From an uncultured Lachnospiraceae bacterium (lineage in GTDB: Bacteria > Bacillota > Clostridia > Oscillospirales > CAG-272), in contig CAYWVC010000003.1 of the NCBI GenBank assembly GCA_964461635.1, positions 1 to 51,018 of the forward strand: a stretch of 51,018 bases of DNA, read 5' to 3'. The translations under genes and the position numbers were made by a program. Below the pieces are notes generated by a model. It did no database searches. It was not told the DNA's origin and worked only from the letters and a program-made list of their open reading frames with translations. Below, one piece after another: positions 37,055 to 45,218 of this stretch. Positions within the stretch are counted from its first letter, which is position 1; each line of letters opens with the position of its first letter.

Positions 37055-37489
37055 TTACAGTCCGTATGACAGGAGCGTTTCGGCTATACCGTCGGAATCC
37101 TCGGCGTCTATCATCGCGTCGTATTCCTCGGCGGTCCAGATCTCGGCAAAAAATCCGCATCCGTTAATAACCATCGCCCGATGATCGGCATCCGCACCGA
37201 CGAAATCGGTCAACTGCTCGGGCAAGAGCACTCTGCCCTGCGAATCGGGGCTGACCTTCACTGCAAGACGGTTCAGCTTTCGAAGCACCTTCTCGGCTTC
37301 GACCCTAGGTATATTCCTTATGGGCGCGATGTATTTTTCCCATTCGTCAAGTGAGTAGACGTTAAGGCAGTTAACCCCCTTATGAAGGTTAGCCGCAATC
37401 ATAAATTCGGTTCCCAGCTCTTCGCGGAACTTTGCGGGTATAAAAAGACGGTTTTTCGCGTCAAGATTATGCCGAAAGACCAGCGTCAT
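37055..37489 (-). CDS. mraZ: transcriptional regulator MraZ
   Basis: Two SpoVT/AbrB-like halves (LDAKNRLFIPAKFRE and DSQGRVLLPEQL). 144 aa from the ATG at 37489, 9 nt after GGGGG. An alternative ATG lies at 37516. Confidence 0.9.
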   Translation of the reverse strand: MTLVFRHNLDAKNRLFIPAKFREELGTEFMIAANLHKGVNCLNVYSLDEWEKYIAPIRNIPRVEAEKVLRKLNRLAVKVSPDSQGRVLLPEQLTDFVGADADHRAMVINGCGFFAEIWTAEEYDAMIDAEDSDGIAETLLSYGL

Positions 37490-37510
37490 ATCCGAGAACC
37501 CCCTTACGGG

Positions 37511-37540
37511 CACCATTTCGCCCCATTTTCCCCCACTTTC
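37511..37540 (-). promoter_or_regulatory. three tandem 10-bp direct repeats (GAAAGTGGGG / GAAAATGGGG / CGAAATGGTG): candidate MraZ operator
   Basis: Read on the minus strand. The repeats lie between the Pmra -10 and the mraZ RBS. MraZ is known to bind short GTGG/TGGG-type direct repeats with about 10-bp phasing. Confidence 0.6.
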
Positions 37541-37558
37541 CACCACCGGGGTGTTTAT

Positions 37559-37587
37559 ATTATATAACACAATCTCTCGAATTGCAA
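37559..37587 (-). promoter_or_regulatory. Pmra promoter of the dcw cluster (-35 TTGCAA 37587-37582, 17 nt, -10 TATAAT 37564-37559)
   Basis: Near-consensus hexamers on the minus strand, about 70 nt upstream of mraZ. Confidence 0.6.
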
Positions 37588-37781
37588 GAGCTTTTTTCAA
37601 TTTTTTAAGCAAAATAAAACCGCGAATTTTCGCCTTTTTCCGCCCAAAATCAAGCGAAAATCCGATTTTTTTCATTTTGAGGGAGGTCGGCAGGTTTTCA
37701 ATGCCTTGATTTTCCATATCTGTTGCTAATTTGCTTAGTTCAAAATCCCCTGTCGTCTCCATTTTCCACCACAACGGCAAC

Positions 37782-37824
37782 AAAAAAAGAAAGAGCCCCG
37801 GACGGCATTATTCGCCGTCCGAGG
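37782..37824 (-). terminator. rho-independent terminator after the GLUG-repeat gene
   Basis: Minus strand CCTCGGACGGC-GAATAAT-GCCGTCCGGGG followed by CTCTTTCTTTTTTT. Confidence 0.85.
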
Positions 37825-37841
37825 ACGTTTGCATATTAGTT

Positions 37842-39686
37842 TCAGCCATTGGCAATCTTATCAAGTTTTTCACGAAATTCCGGTGAATACGGGCTATAAA
37901 ATTCGTCATCCGTTTGATAACGGTATACACCGTCAGACTCATCCGAAACGTCTTCAAGCGCGCGGGTTGCGAGCTCCGCCACACTCATTCGGTCAATATT
38001 TCCGTACTTGACCGTGCCGTCTTTGAACAAAATATATCCGACGGCGCAGACGGTCGCGCCCGAAACCTTCTTGCCGTCAAGCTCGGCGCAAATATCGTAT
38101 TTGTCGGCCCGTTCCGAAAGAAGCCCGGTACTTTGCGGTTCGTTGAGAAAGAACCCTCCGTTCTTGTCATCGTATTTCTTTAAGGTTTCAAGCGTCAAAC
38201 CGCCCAACGAATTCACGGTCTTCCCGTCGGCAATCAAAATTCCGACCGACTCAATCTCGCTTTTTATTATATCGTAAAGCCCCTTCTGAATGCAGACACG
38301 AACGCTGACCCTTGTTTTCGGTGAGTCGACAGCTCCGCTTATCCCGAGAGCCATTCCGCCGTCGTGAAGATACGGCATCGAAAATCCGATTTCCAGCAAC
38401 CGTCCCAACGCCGCTTCCTCAGCCGTCGATCCGAGAGATTTCTCTACGGCTTCCCCGATCGACATCATTTTCCCGTCATCGCGCAGTTCGAACGTATCGC
38501 CGTCGTTGAATCCGTAAATCACAATATCCGAAACGGCACAGCCGCCGTCCTTCAAATCCCCGAGATTTCCGATAACGCAGGCAGTCCCGTCACCGCAACT
38601 GTCTCCGCCCGCCGCCAAAGAAGCCTCAACGGACATCGCCCCCTCCATCAGAGTTATGATCTGCGCGCCGACAACGCTTGCAGATACCATTCCGAAGTTC
38701 GAACAATTCTTAACTTTGCTCGACGGCGAAGGAGCACAGGTTGCCTTTCCGATGATCCCGGCGGCATATTGAGTCGTGCCGCCACCGGCATCCCCGACGT
38801 TACTACAGTCGGACACGGCCAAGCAGACCTTGCCGTCACCGCTTCCCGCCGAGGCAATGATACCCGCGGCAGTGCCGTCCGAACTTACCTCGCCCGAATT
38901 TGCGCATTTGTCAAGCACTGCGTTTGAACTTTCGATACACCCGATCAGCCCGCCGGCAGACGATGCTCCGGAAACATTTCCGGTGTTGATGCAATTTTTT
39001 GCGCTAACGGTCATTTTTGCTTTATAAGATTTCGAAATCCCGAAATATCCGACCAATCCGCCGGCGTTGCCGCCGTTGCTCGTTATCTCGCCGTGATTTT
39101 CACAATCGGTAAAAGAAAGCTGTAAAGATTTTGAATATCCCACCAATCCGCCAACGTGCTGTTTACCCGTAACCGTCCCCTCGTTAACACAATTGGAAAA
39201 AGCAACGGTGCACTGATCGCTGTCAATCTGACCGACCAATCCGCCGGCGTTGCCACTTTTGCTCGCGACATCGGCACGGACGACGACGTTCTCAAATGTG
39301 GCATCATCCAATACACTGATACACACCGAACCGACGGCGTCTTGCTTGGGCAATGAAACTTTTCCTTCAATAATAGTATTTTTCAGAGTCCCGGCAAACT
39401 CCGAAAACATCGGACATCCGCTTAGCGTGACCGTGTGACCGTTGCCGTCAAGTGTGCCGTAAAAGCACCCGCTTTCATAAGATTCATCAAGAGTGATATC
39501 TGCTTCAAGATAATAGTCACCGTCCGTGCTCATTTCATACAGAAAGGCATCAGCTGTTTCTATGGGCTCCCCTTCCGGCTCGTACGAGAACGTCAAGTCA
39601 TTCTCCGCAAACACGGGGAAAACGGTTAAAAGCAGAGCAAACGTCGCCAACGCGCACAATAATTTCGATAATAATGAAGGCTTCAC
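37842..39686 (-). CDS. secreted GLUG-motif repeat (beta-helix-like) protein
   Basis: GTG start after GGGGTGA. Signal peptide MKPSLLSKLLCALATFALLLTVFPVFA. At least 6 degenerate repeats of NC.N.G.V.G....GGLVG. The C-terminal roughly 250 aa are unassigned. Confidence 0.7.
   Translation of the reverse strand: MKPSLLSKLLCALATFALLLTVFPVFAENDLTFSYEPEGEPIETADAFLYEMSTDGDYYLEADITLDESYESGCFYGTLDGNGHTVTLSGCPMFSEFAGTLKNTIIEGKVSLPKQDAVGSVCISVLDDATFENVVVRADVASKSGNAGGLVGQIDSDQCTVAFSNCVNEGTVTGKQHVGGLVGYSKSLQLSFTDCENHGEITSNGGNAGGLVGYFGISKSYKAKMTVSAKNCINTGNVSGASSAGGLIGCIESSNAVLDKCANSGEVSSDGTAAGIIASAGSGDGKVCLAVSDCSNVGDAGGGTTQYAAGIIGKATCAPSPSSKVKNCSNFGMVSASVVGAQIITLMEGAMSVEASLAAGGDSCGDGTACVIGNLGDLKDGGCAVSDIVIYGFNDGDTFELRDDGKMMSIGEAVEKSLGSTAEEAALGRLLEIGFSMPYLHDGGMALGISGAVDSPKTRVSVRVCIQKGLYDIIKSEIESVGILIADGKTVNSLGGLTLETLKKYDDKNGGFFLNEPQSTGLLSERADKYDICAELDGKKVSGATVCAVGYILFKDGTVKYGNIDRMSVAELATRALEDVSDESDGVYRYQTDDEFYSPYSPEFREKLDKIANG
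38696..39296 (-). repeat. intragenic tandem coding repeats (GLUG modules)
   Basis: Repeated GNAGGLVG-encoding units. They include an exact 23-nt duplicate, CCGACCAATCCGCCGGCGTTGCC, at 39049-39071 and 39232-39254. Confidence 0.7.
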
Positions 39687-39732
39687 TTAAGTCACCCCGA
39701 TCCGGCATAATTCGTCAATATATTCCATAATA

Positions 39733-39761
39733 ATTATACCAAACAGCAAACGGCTTGTCAA
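39733..39761 (-). promoter_or_regulatory. consensus sigmaA promoter with extended -10 (TTGACA-17-TGGTATAAT) driving the GLUG-repeat gene
   Basis: Minus strand TTGACA at 39761-39756 and TATAAT at 39738-39733, preceded by TGG. Confidence 0.7.
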
Positions 39762-39784
39762 CACCGCCAAAAACGGGCCCGCTC

Positions 39785-39821
39785 AAAAAGCATACGGGAG
39801 CTTATCGTAGCTCCCGTATGC
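39785..39821 (-). terminator. rho-independent terminator after the DUF1836-like gene
   Basis: 12-bp perfect stem GCATACGGGAGC / GCTCCCGTATGC followed by TTTTT on the minus strand. Confidence 0.85.
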
Positions 39822-39829
39822 ATATTCAT

Positions 39830-40438
39830 TTATTCATTGCCGATCAGTCCCGCAATTCTGCTGTCGGAATATCCCTTGATCAACGCGGCGTAATACGCCA
39901 TTATAACAATCTCCAACACGGTCGTCAAGCGCTTGCGCTCCTCCACCGGCCGCTCCGTCCGATCCGCAGTGACCGCCAATATGCAACGGCGAAGGGTCAC
40001 GCCACCGACGCTCACGTCATCGGTCATTATCTTATCAAGCACGCGGCAAGCGTAATCATATATCTCGGTATAGCTCACACCGCCCCCGTTTACGCCGTTA
40101 ACGTACTGAACGAGGAACGATATGTGATCGAGTTGCATACAGCTTCTCAGCATATTGATCAGAAGAATGTGCGCCACCTGCTCAATGTCATATTTCTTGT
40201 GTTTAGAGCATTCCACCCATCCGCGCTTGGTCCAATTTTGAAGAGTCGTGCCGTCAATGCCCGAGATCTCCCGAATTTGGTTCAGCATAATTCCATCGGT
40301 GATATAGAATATCTTATGTAAGAAGGCAAGCCCGGTAACGTTCCCCATATCGTGTTTGCGCAATACCGTTCCCGGAATATATTCGTCGGTTATCTGAAGA
40401 TTCACAGCCCGTCTCCTCCCGATTTTTACAGTGTACAT
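39830..40438 (-). CDS. DUF1836-like putative DNA-binding protein
   Basis: ...IMLNQIREISGIDGTTLQNWTKRGWVECSKHKKYDIEQVAHILLINMLR matches the DUF1836 pattern (..T.MINNYVK....P..KKKYS.E.L..L). Confidence 0.55.
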   Translation of the reverse strand: MYTVKIGRRRAVNLQITDEYIPGTVLRKHDMGNVTGLAFLHKIFYITDGIMLNQIREISGIDGTTLQNWTKRGWVECSKHKKYDIEQVAHILLINMLRSCMQLDHISFLVQYVNGVNGGGVSYTEIYDYACRVLDKIMTDDVSVGGVTLRRCILAVTADRTERPVEERKRLTTVLEIVIMAYYAALIKGYSDSRIAGLIGNE

Positions 40439-40625
40439 TATCTTTCGGACACATTATATCATACGGTCTTATGATTGTCAAGCGCGTTTCTTGGATTTTC
40501 TTTAATATTTTACAAATTTCGATATACGGTCTTCAAACCGTATATTGGATGACGCGCCCGGCTTTTCAGCCCTTTTTTCCCTGTTTTAGCGGAATATTCG
40601 AACACGTTCACACATAAAATGCGGT

Positions 40626-41246
40626 ATGAGGTCTGATAATAACTGCAAAATATTGCACTTTGTCATAAAGCTTCTTCCCATCGGTGCCGTTCTTGCGGCG
40701 CTGGCTATCTCGGGGAAGCCGCTGTCTGCGGCTGCAACGCTTTTGGCAGTGATAATACACGAGGGAGGTCACCTCGTCGCGGCGGCATTGATCGGAATAA
40801 AGCCAAACCGATTCTCGCTCGGTCCCTTGGGCGCAAGACTTGAGGTGGACACTGCCGAGCTTCCGTACGGGAAAGAAATAGCACTTGCGGCGGCAGGACC
40901 CGTCTCAAATCTGCTCGGCGCGGCGTATGCGCTTCCGATGACCGCACTTACCTCCGGTGCGTTATTTGAATCCGTTTGCTTCTTCATAGCGGCATCCGTC
41001 GGTCTGGCAATACTGAATCTGCTCCCGATAAAGAGCTTCGACGGCGGACGGATCCTAAGCTGTGCGCTTTCACTTATCTCGGATCGGTTTGCCGACGGAA
41101 AGCTTGCGGGGGCGGTCTCCTTTCTGTTTCTGTTCGCGCTTTGGGTAACGTCTGTATATCTGATCCTGCGCACCGGCGCATCGCTGTCGCTTTTTACCTT
41201 CTCCGTTACTCTTTTCGTGCGTCTGACCGACAGCAAGGCAACGTAA
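40626..41246 (+). CDS. site-2 protease family (M50) intramembrane metalloprotease, minimal form
   Basis: HEGGH (HExxH) in a TM helix and NLLPIKSFDGG (NxxPxxxxDG). 206 aa with no PDZ or CBS domain. Confidence 0.75.
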   Translation: MRSDNNCKILHFVIKLLPIGAVLAALAISGKPLSAAATLLAVIIHEGGHLVAAALIGIKPNRFSLGPLGARLEVDTAELPYGKEIALAAAGPVSNLLGAAYALPMTALTSGALFESVCFFIAASVGLAILNLLPIKSFDGGRILSCALSLISDRFADGKLAGAVSFLFLFALWVTSVYLILRTGASLSLFTFSVTLFVRLTDSKAT

Positions 41247-41250
41247 TAAA

Positions 41251-41287
41251 CCTCGCCGCCGCGCCGAATATCGGCGCGGCGGCGAGG
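41251..41287. terminator. bidirectional terminator between the M50 and LysR genes
   Basis: 17-bp perfect GC-rich stem (CCTCGCCGCCGCGCCGA / TCGGCGCGGCGGCGAGG) flanked by TAATAAA and TTTATTA. Confidence 0.85.
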
Positions 41288-41301
41288 TTTATTAAAGAAC
41301 G

Positions 41302-42189
41302 TTATATTTTGGAATCCGAGACGATTATATCGATCAAATGTTTAAGCTGAGCCGTAACGAATTTGTTCTGATGATATACGACCTGACTCCACATAGTTAT
41401 CTCCGGGCAGTCGGTATCAAGGATCACCAACGAACCGTTATTCACTCCGTCGGCAATCACGTATTCGGGCAGAAAGGATATTCCGCGATCCTCGGCAACG
41501 AAGCGCGTTATTATCTCGGTATTTCCTATCTCAAGAAACGGATGCAATTCAACCCCGCGCTCGGCAAACACCTGCTCAACGGCGTAACGGTAGCTGATCC
41601 CCCGCTCGGTCAAAACAAGCGGCTCGTTCGCCAACCGTTTCACCGGAATTTTTTTCTTCCTTGCCAGGTGATTGGACGGCGAAGCGACGAAATGAAATTT
41701 AACCGGCCGCTCAAGGACCTTTATCCAATCCGGGCAATATATCTGTCTGTCCAAAAAATACAGCACGTCGACTTCGTTACGGCGCAGCTTCGCAAAGAGC
41801 TCCTCGGTCTCGGCGGTCGAAACGCTGATCTCGGCCTCCGGGTAGGTCTTGCCGAATTCTATAAATATCTGCGGCAGCACGCTGATCACAAAGGATTCGC
41901 AGGTGCCGAGCCTGACCTTGCCATGAAAGACCCCCGATGCATTGATACTGTCCTTCGCCAGCTGAACCGAGTTAAGTATCTCAAGCGCATAGGGCAACAG
42001 CTTCTCTCCCGCGGGGGACAGCTGTACGTGCTTGCCAAAGCGCTCAAAAATCTGAACGCCGAGCTCGTCCTCAATCTGCTTTACCTGCATCGTAACGGCA
42101 GATTGAGAGTATCCGAGTGCTTCCGCCGTTTTTGAAAAATTGAGCGATTCGGTTATCTTAACAAAGGTCACAAGGTTGCGAATTTCCAT
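41302..42189 (-). CDS. LysR-family transcriptional regulator
   Basis: MEIRNLVTFVKITESLNFSKTAEALGYSQSAVTMQVKQIEDELG wHTH plus a substrate-binding domain. The ATG at 42189 is preferred. Confidence 0.9.
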   Translation of the reverse strand: MEIRNLVTFVKITESLNFSKTAEALGYSQSAVTMQVKQIEDELGVQIFERFGKHVQLSPAGEKLLPYALEILNSVQLAKDSINASGVFHGKVRLGTCESFVISVLPQIFIEFGKTYPEAEISVSTAETEELFAKLRRNEVDVLYFLDRQIYCPDWIKVLERPVKFHFVASPSNHLARKKKIPVKRLANEPLVLTERGISYRYAVEQVFAERGVELHPFLEIGNTEIITRFVAEDRGISFLPEYVIADGVNNGSLVILDTDCPEITMWSQVVYHQNKFVTAQLKHLIDIIVSDSKI

Positions 42190-42279
42190 ACAAATCTCCA
42201 TTCTGCCGCAACGAGACGCAAGCAAGACAAGCCGCAAAATAATCGTAAACTGTCAAACAAGCACCGTTATGATAAAATA

Positions 42280-42300
42280 ATGTAAACATTTTCTTTACAT
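42280..42300. promoter_or_regulatory. perfect palindrome ATGTAAA-N7-TTTACAT in the LysR/decarboxylase divergent region (candidate LysR box)
   Basis: 7-bp arms with a 7-nt spacer, AT-rich. Lies between the two divergent starts. Confidence 0.45.
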
Positions 42301-42374
42301 ATATGAAATTTACAAATTGATGCTTTTATGATATCATATAAGCGAAAATTTGTCAAGTAAGGAAGTCGTTAATA

Positions 42375-43775
42375 ATGTACTATAATAACGCGCAGATACA
42401 GGAGCTGTTGGAGGATTTCGTTGCAAGAACCGTAAGCTTTTACGAAAACATTGCGGATCATCCGGTGGTTCCCGCCGTTGACAGCGAGACGGTGATGCGT
42501 GTAAAGGCGAGCTCAGTGCCGAAAGAAGGGCGCGACGCCGCCGAGGTATACGAGGAAATGCTCCGCGACGTTTATTCGTCATCATCGTTGGCGCAGCATC
42601 CGAGAAGTTTTTCCTGCGTGCCGTCCAACCTCTCCCTGCTCTCGTGGATGGGGGACGTTATGACGAATGCGGTGAACCCCCACGCAAGCTGCAAGATGAA
42701 CGCTCCGACGGTCGACAGGGTTGAGAAAAACCTCGTCAACTGGATGTGCTCGCTTGCCGGATATCCGCACAGCTCCGGTGGGCTCTTCGTTTCGGGCGGA
42801 TCCATTGCCAATCTCACGGCTCTTACCGCCGCAAGGGATGCAAAGCTCACCTTCAACGAACGCACAAACGCAGTGATATACGTTTCGGATCAAACTCATT
42901 CCTCGGTTGCCAAGGGGCTTCATATCATCGGCTTTGCCAACAGTCAGATACATACGGTAGCGACCGACGAAGGCTTTAGAATGGACATTGATGCCCTGTC
43001 ATCGGCAGTTAAGCAGGACATTGCCGAAGGCAAAAAGCCCTTCGCAGTGGTGGCGAGCGCAGGAACGACAAACACGGGTAGCGTCGACCCGCTGAATGCT
43101 ATCGCGGATATTTGCGAGAGCCACGGGATGTGGATGCACGTCGACGGAGCCTACGGTGCGTCGGCTCTCTTGTCGGAGACTCACCGTCGCGAGCTTGCGG
43201 GCATTGAAAGATCCGACAGCCTAAGCTGGGATGCCCACAAGTGGATGGCTCAGACCTACGGGTGCAGCGTGGTGCTCGTGCGCGACCGTAAAACGCTTGT
43301 AAACAGCTTTGATGCGCACCCCGAATATCTGAAGGATGCGGAGGCTTCTCCCGACAGCATCGAATTTTGGGACCTCGGTCCCGAGCTTACCCGTCCCGCG
43401 CGCGGGCTGAAGCTTTGGATAACGCTTCAGGTACTCGGCAGTGACGAGATGGGGCGTATAATCGATCACGGATGCGGTATGGCAGAGTTTGCCGAGCGAA
43501 CGGTAAGGAGCCTGCCCGGGTGGGAGATCGTCTCCTCCGCAAAGCTCGGGATCGTTAACTTCCGCTACGCGCCGAGCGACATTTCATCGGAAGCCGAGCG
43601 TGACGCGATCAATCACAGGGCGGCGGCAGAGCTTACACGAAGCGGCTTTGCGCAGGTGTTCACGACGGAGCTTCACGGGAACAAGGTAATACGGCTGTGC
43701 ACGATAAATCCCCGCACGACGGAGGAAGATATCCAAGAGACTGTTAAACGGCTCGATGCGCTGTGCCGGGAATAA
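42375..43775 (+). CDS. group II pyridoxal-phosphate-dependent amino-acid decarboxylase
   Basis: 466 aa. SGGSIANLTAL, HVDGAYG and SWDAHKW (PLP lysine) blocks. Confidence 0.85.
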   Translation: MYYNNAQIQELLEDFVARTVSFYENIADHPVVPAVDSETVMRVKASSVPKEGRDAAEVYEEMLRDVYSSSSLAQHPRSFSCVPSNLSLLSWMGDVMTNAVNPHASCKMNAPTVDRVEKNLVNWMCSLAGYPHSSGGLFVSGGSIANLTALTAARDAKLTFNERTNAVIYVSDQTHSSVAKGLHIIGFANSQIHTVATDEGFRMDIDALSSAVKQDIAEGKKPFAVVASAGTTNTGSVDPLNAIADICESHGMWMHVDGAYGASALLSETHRRELAGIERSDSLSWDAHKWMAQTYGCSVVLVRDRKTLVNSFDAHPEYLKDAEASPDSIEFWDLGPELTRPARGLKLWITLQVLGSDEMGRIIDHGCGMAEFAERTVRSLPGWEIVSSAKLGIVNFRYAPSDISSEAERDAINHRAAAELTRSGFAQVFTTELHGNKVIRLCTINPRTTEEDIQETVKRLDALCRE

Positions 43776-43785
43776 CCAAAATGCT

Positions 43786-43822
43786 TTACGGCGGGCAGGA
43801 CCATTCGTCCTGCCCGCCGTAA
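43786..43822. terminator. bidirectional terminator between the decarboxylase and aminopeptidase genes
   Basis: 15-bp perfect stem TTACGGCGGGCAGGA / TCCTGCCCGCCGTAA. Confidence 0.8.
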
Positions 43823-43841
43823 CGTTCTCCGCTTGCTTTTC

Positions 43842-45071
43842 TCAGAATGCCCAATTTCCGTCACGGAAAATGGCGACCGTACGTCCGTCTCGCGTGATCG
43901 CGTCGATCGACAGATCGGGGGAACCGATCATAAAATCAACGTGGATCATAGAGTCGTTTATTCCCTTCTCACGGCACTCGTCAAGAGTATAGTTGCCGTA
44001 ATCCTTAATGCAGTTGGCAAAGCCCATACCGAGCGCCAGATGGCAACAGGCATTCTCGTCAAACAGAGTGTTGCGGAAGACTATCTCCGAATTTCTTATC
44101 GGCGAATCGTACGGCACGAGCGCCGCCTCGCCGAGGTACGCGGCACCGTCGTCAAGCGAGATCATATCGCTTAGCAGAGCCTCTCCGCGCTCGGCACTGA
44201 CGCGAACGGCCCTGCCGCCCTCAAACTCAACGGAAAAGTTTTCGATCAGCTCACCGCGGTACGAGAGCGGACGGGTCGAGACCACCTTGCCCTCGGCTCT
44301 GCCTCGCATAGGCGAGGTGAAGACCTCCTCGCTCGGAATATTCGGATTGAACTCCCTGCCCTCCCCGAGGGTAAACTCACTGCCGCCCAAAAAGAGCGCG
44401 TCGGGAATAAGTCCGACACGAAGGTCGGTACCGTTGGACGAGGTATAATGAAGCTCGTCGATACCGAGTGAATTAAGGTACTCGCACCTTGCCTTAAGAT
44501 CGGCGTTGTGCTCGTTCCACGCGGCAACGGGATCCTCTCCGTCGGCACGGGAGGTATAGAGTATCGCCTCCCAAAGCTTTTCCATCGCCTGATTTACCCG
44601 CAGCTCGGGGAATACCGCCTTAGCCCACTTCTCACCGGGCACCGCCGCGATGCACCACTGGTACTTATTCTCCATCCTGTCGCGTATCGGCTTGATCAGC
44701 GGATATCTCGCACGCTGAGCCTTCGACACCTTCTCCTGATTGATACCGCTGAGCCCATCGGGATCCTCCGATTCAATGTAGATCATAGCCGGAAGCGTAT
44801 CTGCCCGTTGCTCAAGGCGGGCAAGCTCCCATTTTTCGATAGTATCAAGCACCTTTTGCGAGCGGTAGCGATAATTGAGCTTGGTCAAGGGCTGATAGCT
44901 CCAATCGACCGTTACCTTCGCGGCTCCGGCACGGTAACATTCCTGAACCACCATACATACGAATTCGGGCTGATCAAGCGATGCGTTGATTATAACGTCC
45001 TGTCCGCGGCGCACGTTTGCGCCCTTGCGCGCGATAAGACGTGCGTATTTTTGCATAACTGTTTTTTTCAT
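43842..45071 (-). CDS. M29-family aminopeptidase (AmpS/PepS type)
   Basis: MKKTVMQKYARLIARKGANVRRGQDVII... N-terminus and C-terminal HLALG and HVDFMIG blocks. ATG at 45071 sits behind AAAGGAAA. Confidence 0.85.
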   Translation of the reverse strand: MKKTVMQKYARLIARKGANVRRGQDVIINASLDQPEFVCMVVQECYRAGAAKVTVDWSYQPLTKLNYRYRSQKVLDTIEKWELARLEQRADTLPAMIYIESEDPDGLSGINQEKVSKAQRARYPLIKPIRDRMENKYQWCIAAVPGEKWAKAVFPELRVNQAMEKLWEAILYTSRADGEDPVAAWNEHNADLKARCEYLNSLGIDELHYTSSNGTDLRVGLIPDALFLGGSEFTLGEGREFNPNIPSEEVFTSPMRGRAEGKVVSTRPLSYRGELIENFSVEFEGGRAVRVSAERGEALLSDMISLDDGAAYLGEAALVPYDSPIRNSEIVFRNTLFDENACCHLALGMGFANCIKDYGNYTLDECREKGINDSMIHVDFMIGSPDLSIDAITRDGRTVAIFRDGNWAF

Positions 45072-45109
45072 ATCGTAATTTCCTTTCGGTATAGCTTTTA
45101 TTACCTCAC

Positions 45110-45138
45110 ATTTTATCACATTATTTATCAATATGCAA
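45110..45138 (-). promoter_or_regulatory. aminopeptidase promoter (-35 TTGCAT, 17 nt, extended -10 TGATAAAAT)
   Basis: Read on the minus strand, 40 nt upstream of the ATG at 45071. Confidence 0.5.
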
Positions 45139-45158
45139 CTGTGAAAATAAGTTTTTGA

Positions 45159-45187
45159 TTGACATAAGACCAAAAGTGATTTATAAT
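45159..45187 (+). promoter_or_regulatory. consensus sigmaA promoter (TTGACA-17-TATAAT) of the dgoK-like/aroA/dGTPase-like operon
   Basis: Perfect hexamers at 45159-45164 and 45182-45187. The short leader leaves no room for a T-box or riboswitch. Confidence 0.65.
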
Positions 45188-45218
45188 ATATATACTCAAA
45201 AGCAAGGAGGAACAAACG

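Noticed and set aside
37490-37783. N-terminal extension of the mraZ ORF (242 aa in the ORF track)
   Set aside because: The extension covers the AT-rich Pmra promoter, the direct-repeat operator and low-complexity codons. MraZ homology and normal length (144 aa) begin at the ATG at 37489, behind a GGGGG RBS.
38696-39296. Repeated about 23-nt DNA units, considered as a possible CRISPR or minisatellite
   Set aside because: The repeats are in frame inside a long ORF and encode the GNAGGLVG GLUG motif. Spacing is irregular and there is no cas context.
45072-45215. 48-codon N-terminal extension of the M29 aminopeptidase ORF
   Set aside because: It is AT-rich, contains the predicted promoter, and has no RBS at 45215. 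Homology starts at MKKTVMQKYARL (ATG at 45071 with AAAGGAAA).
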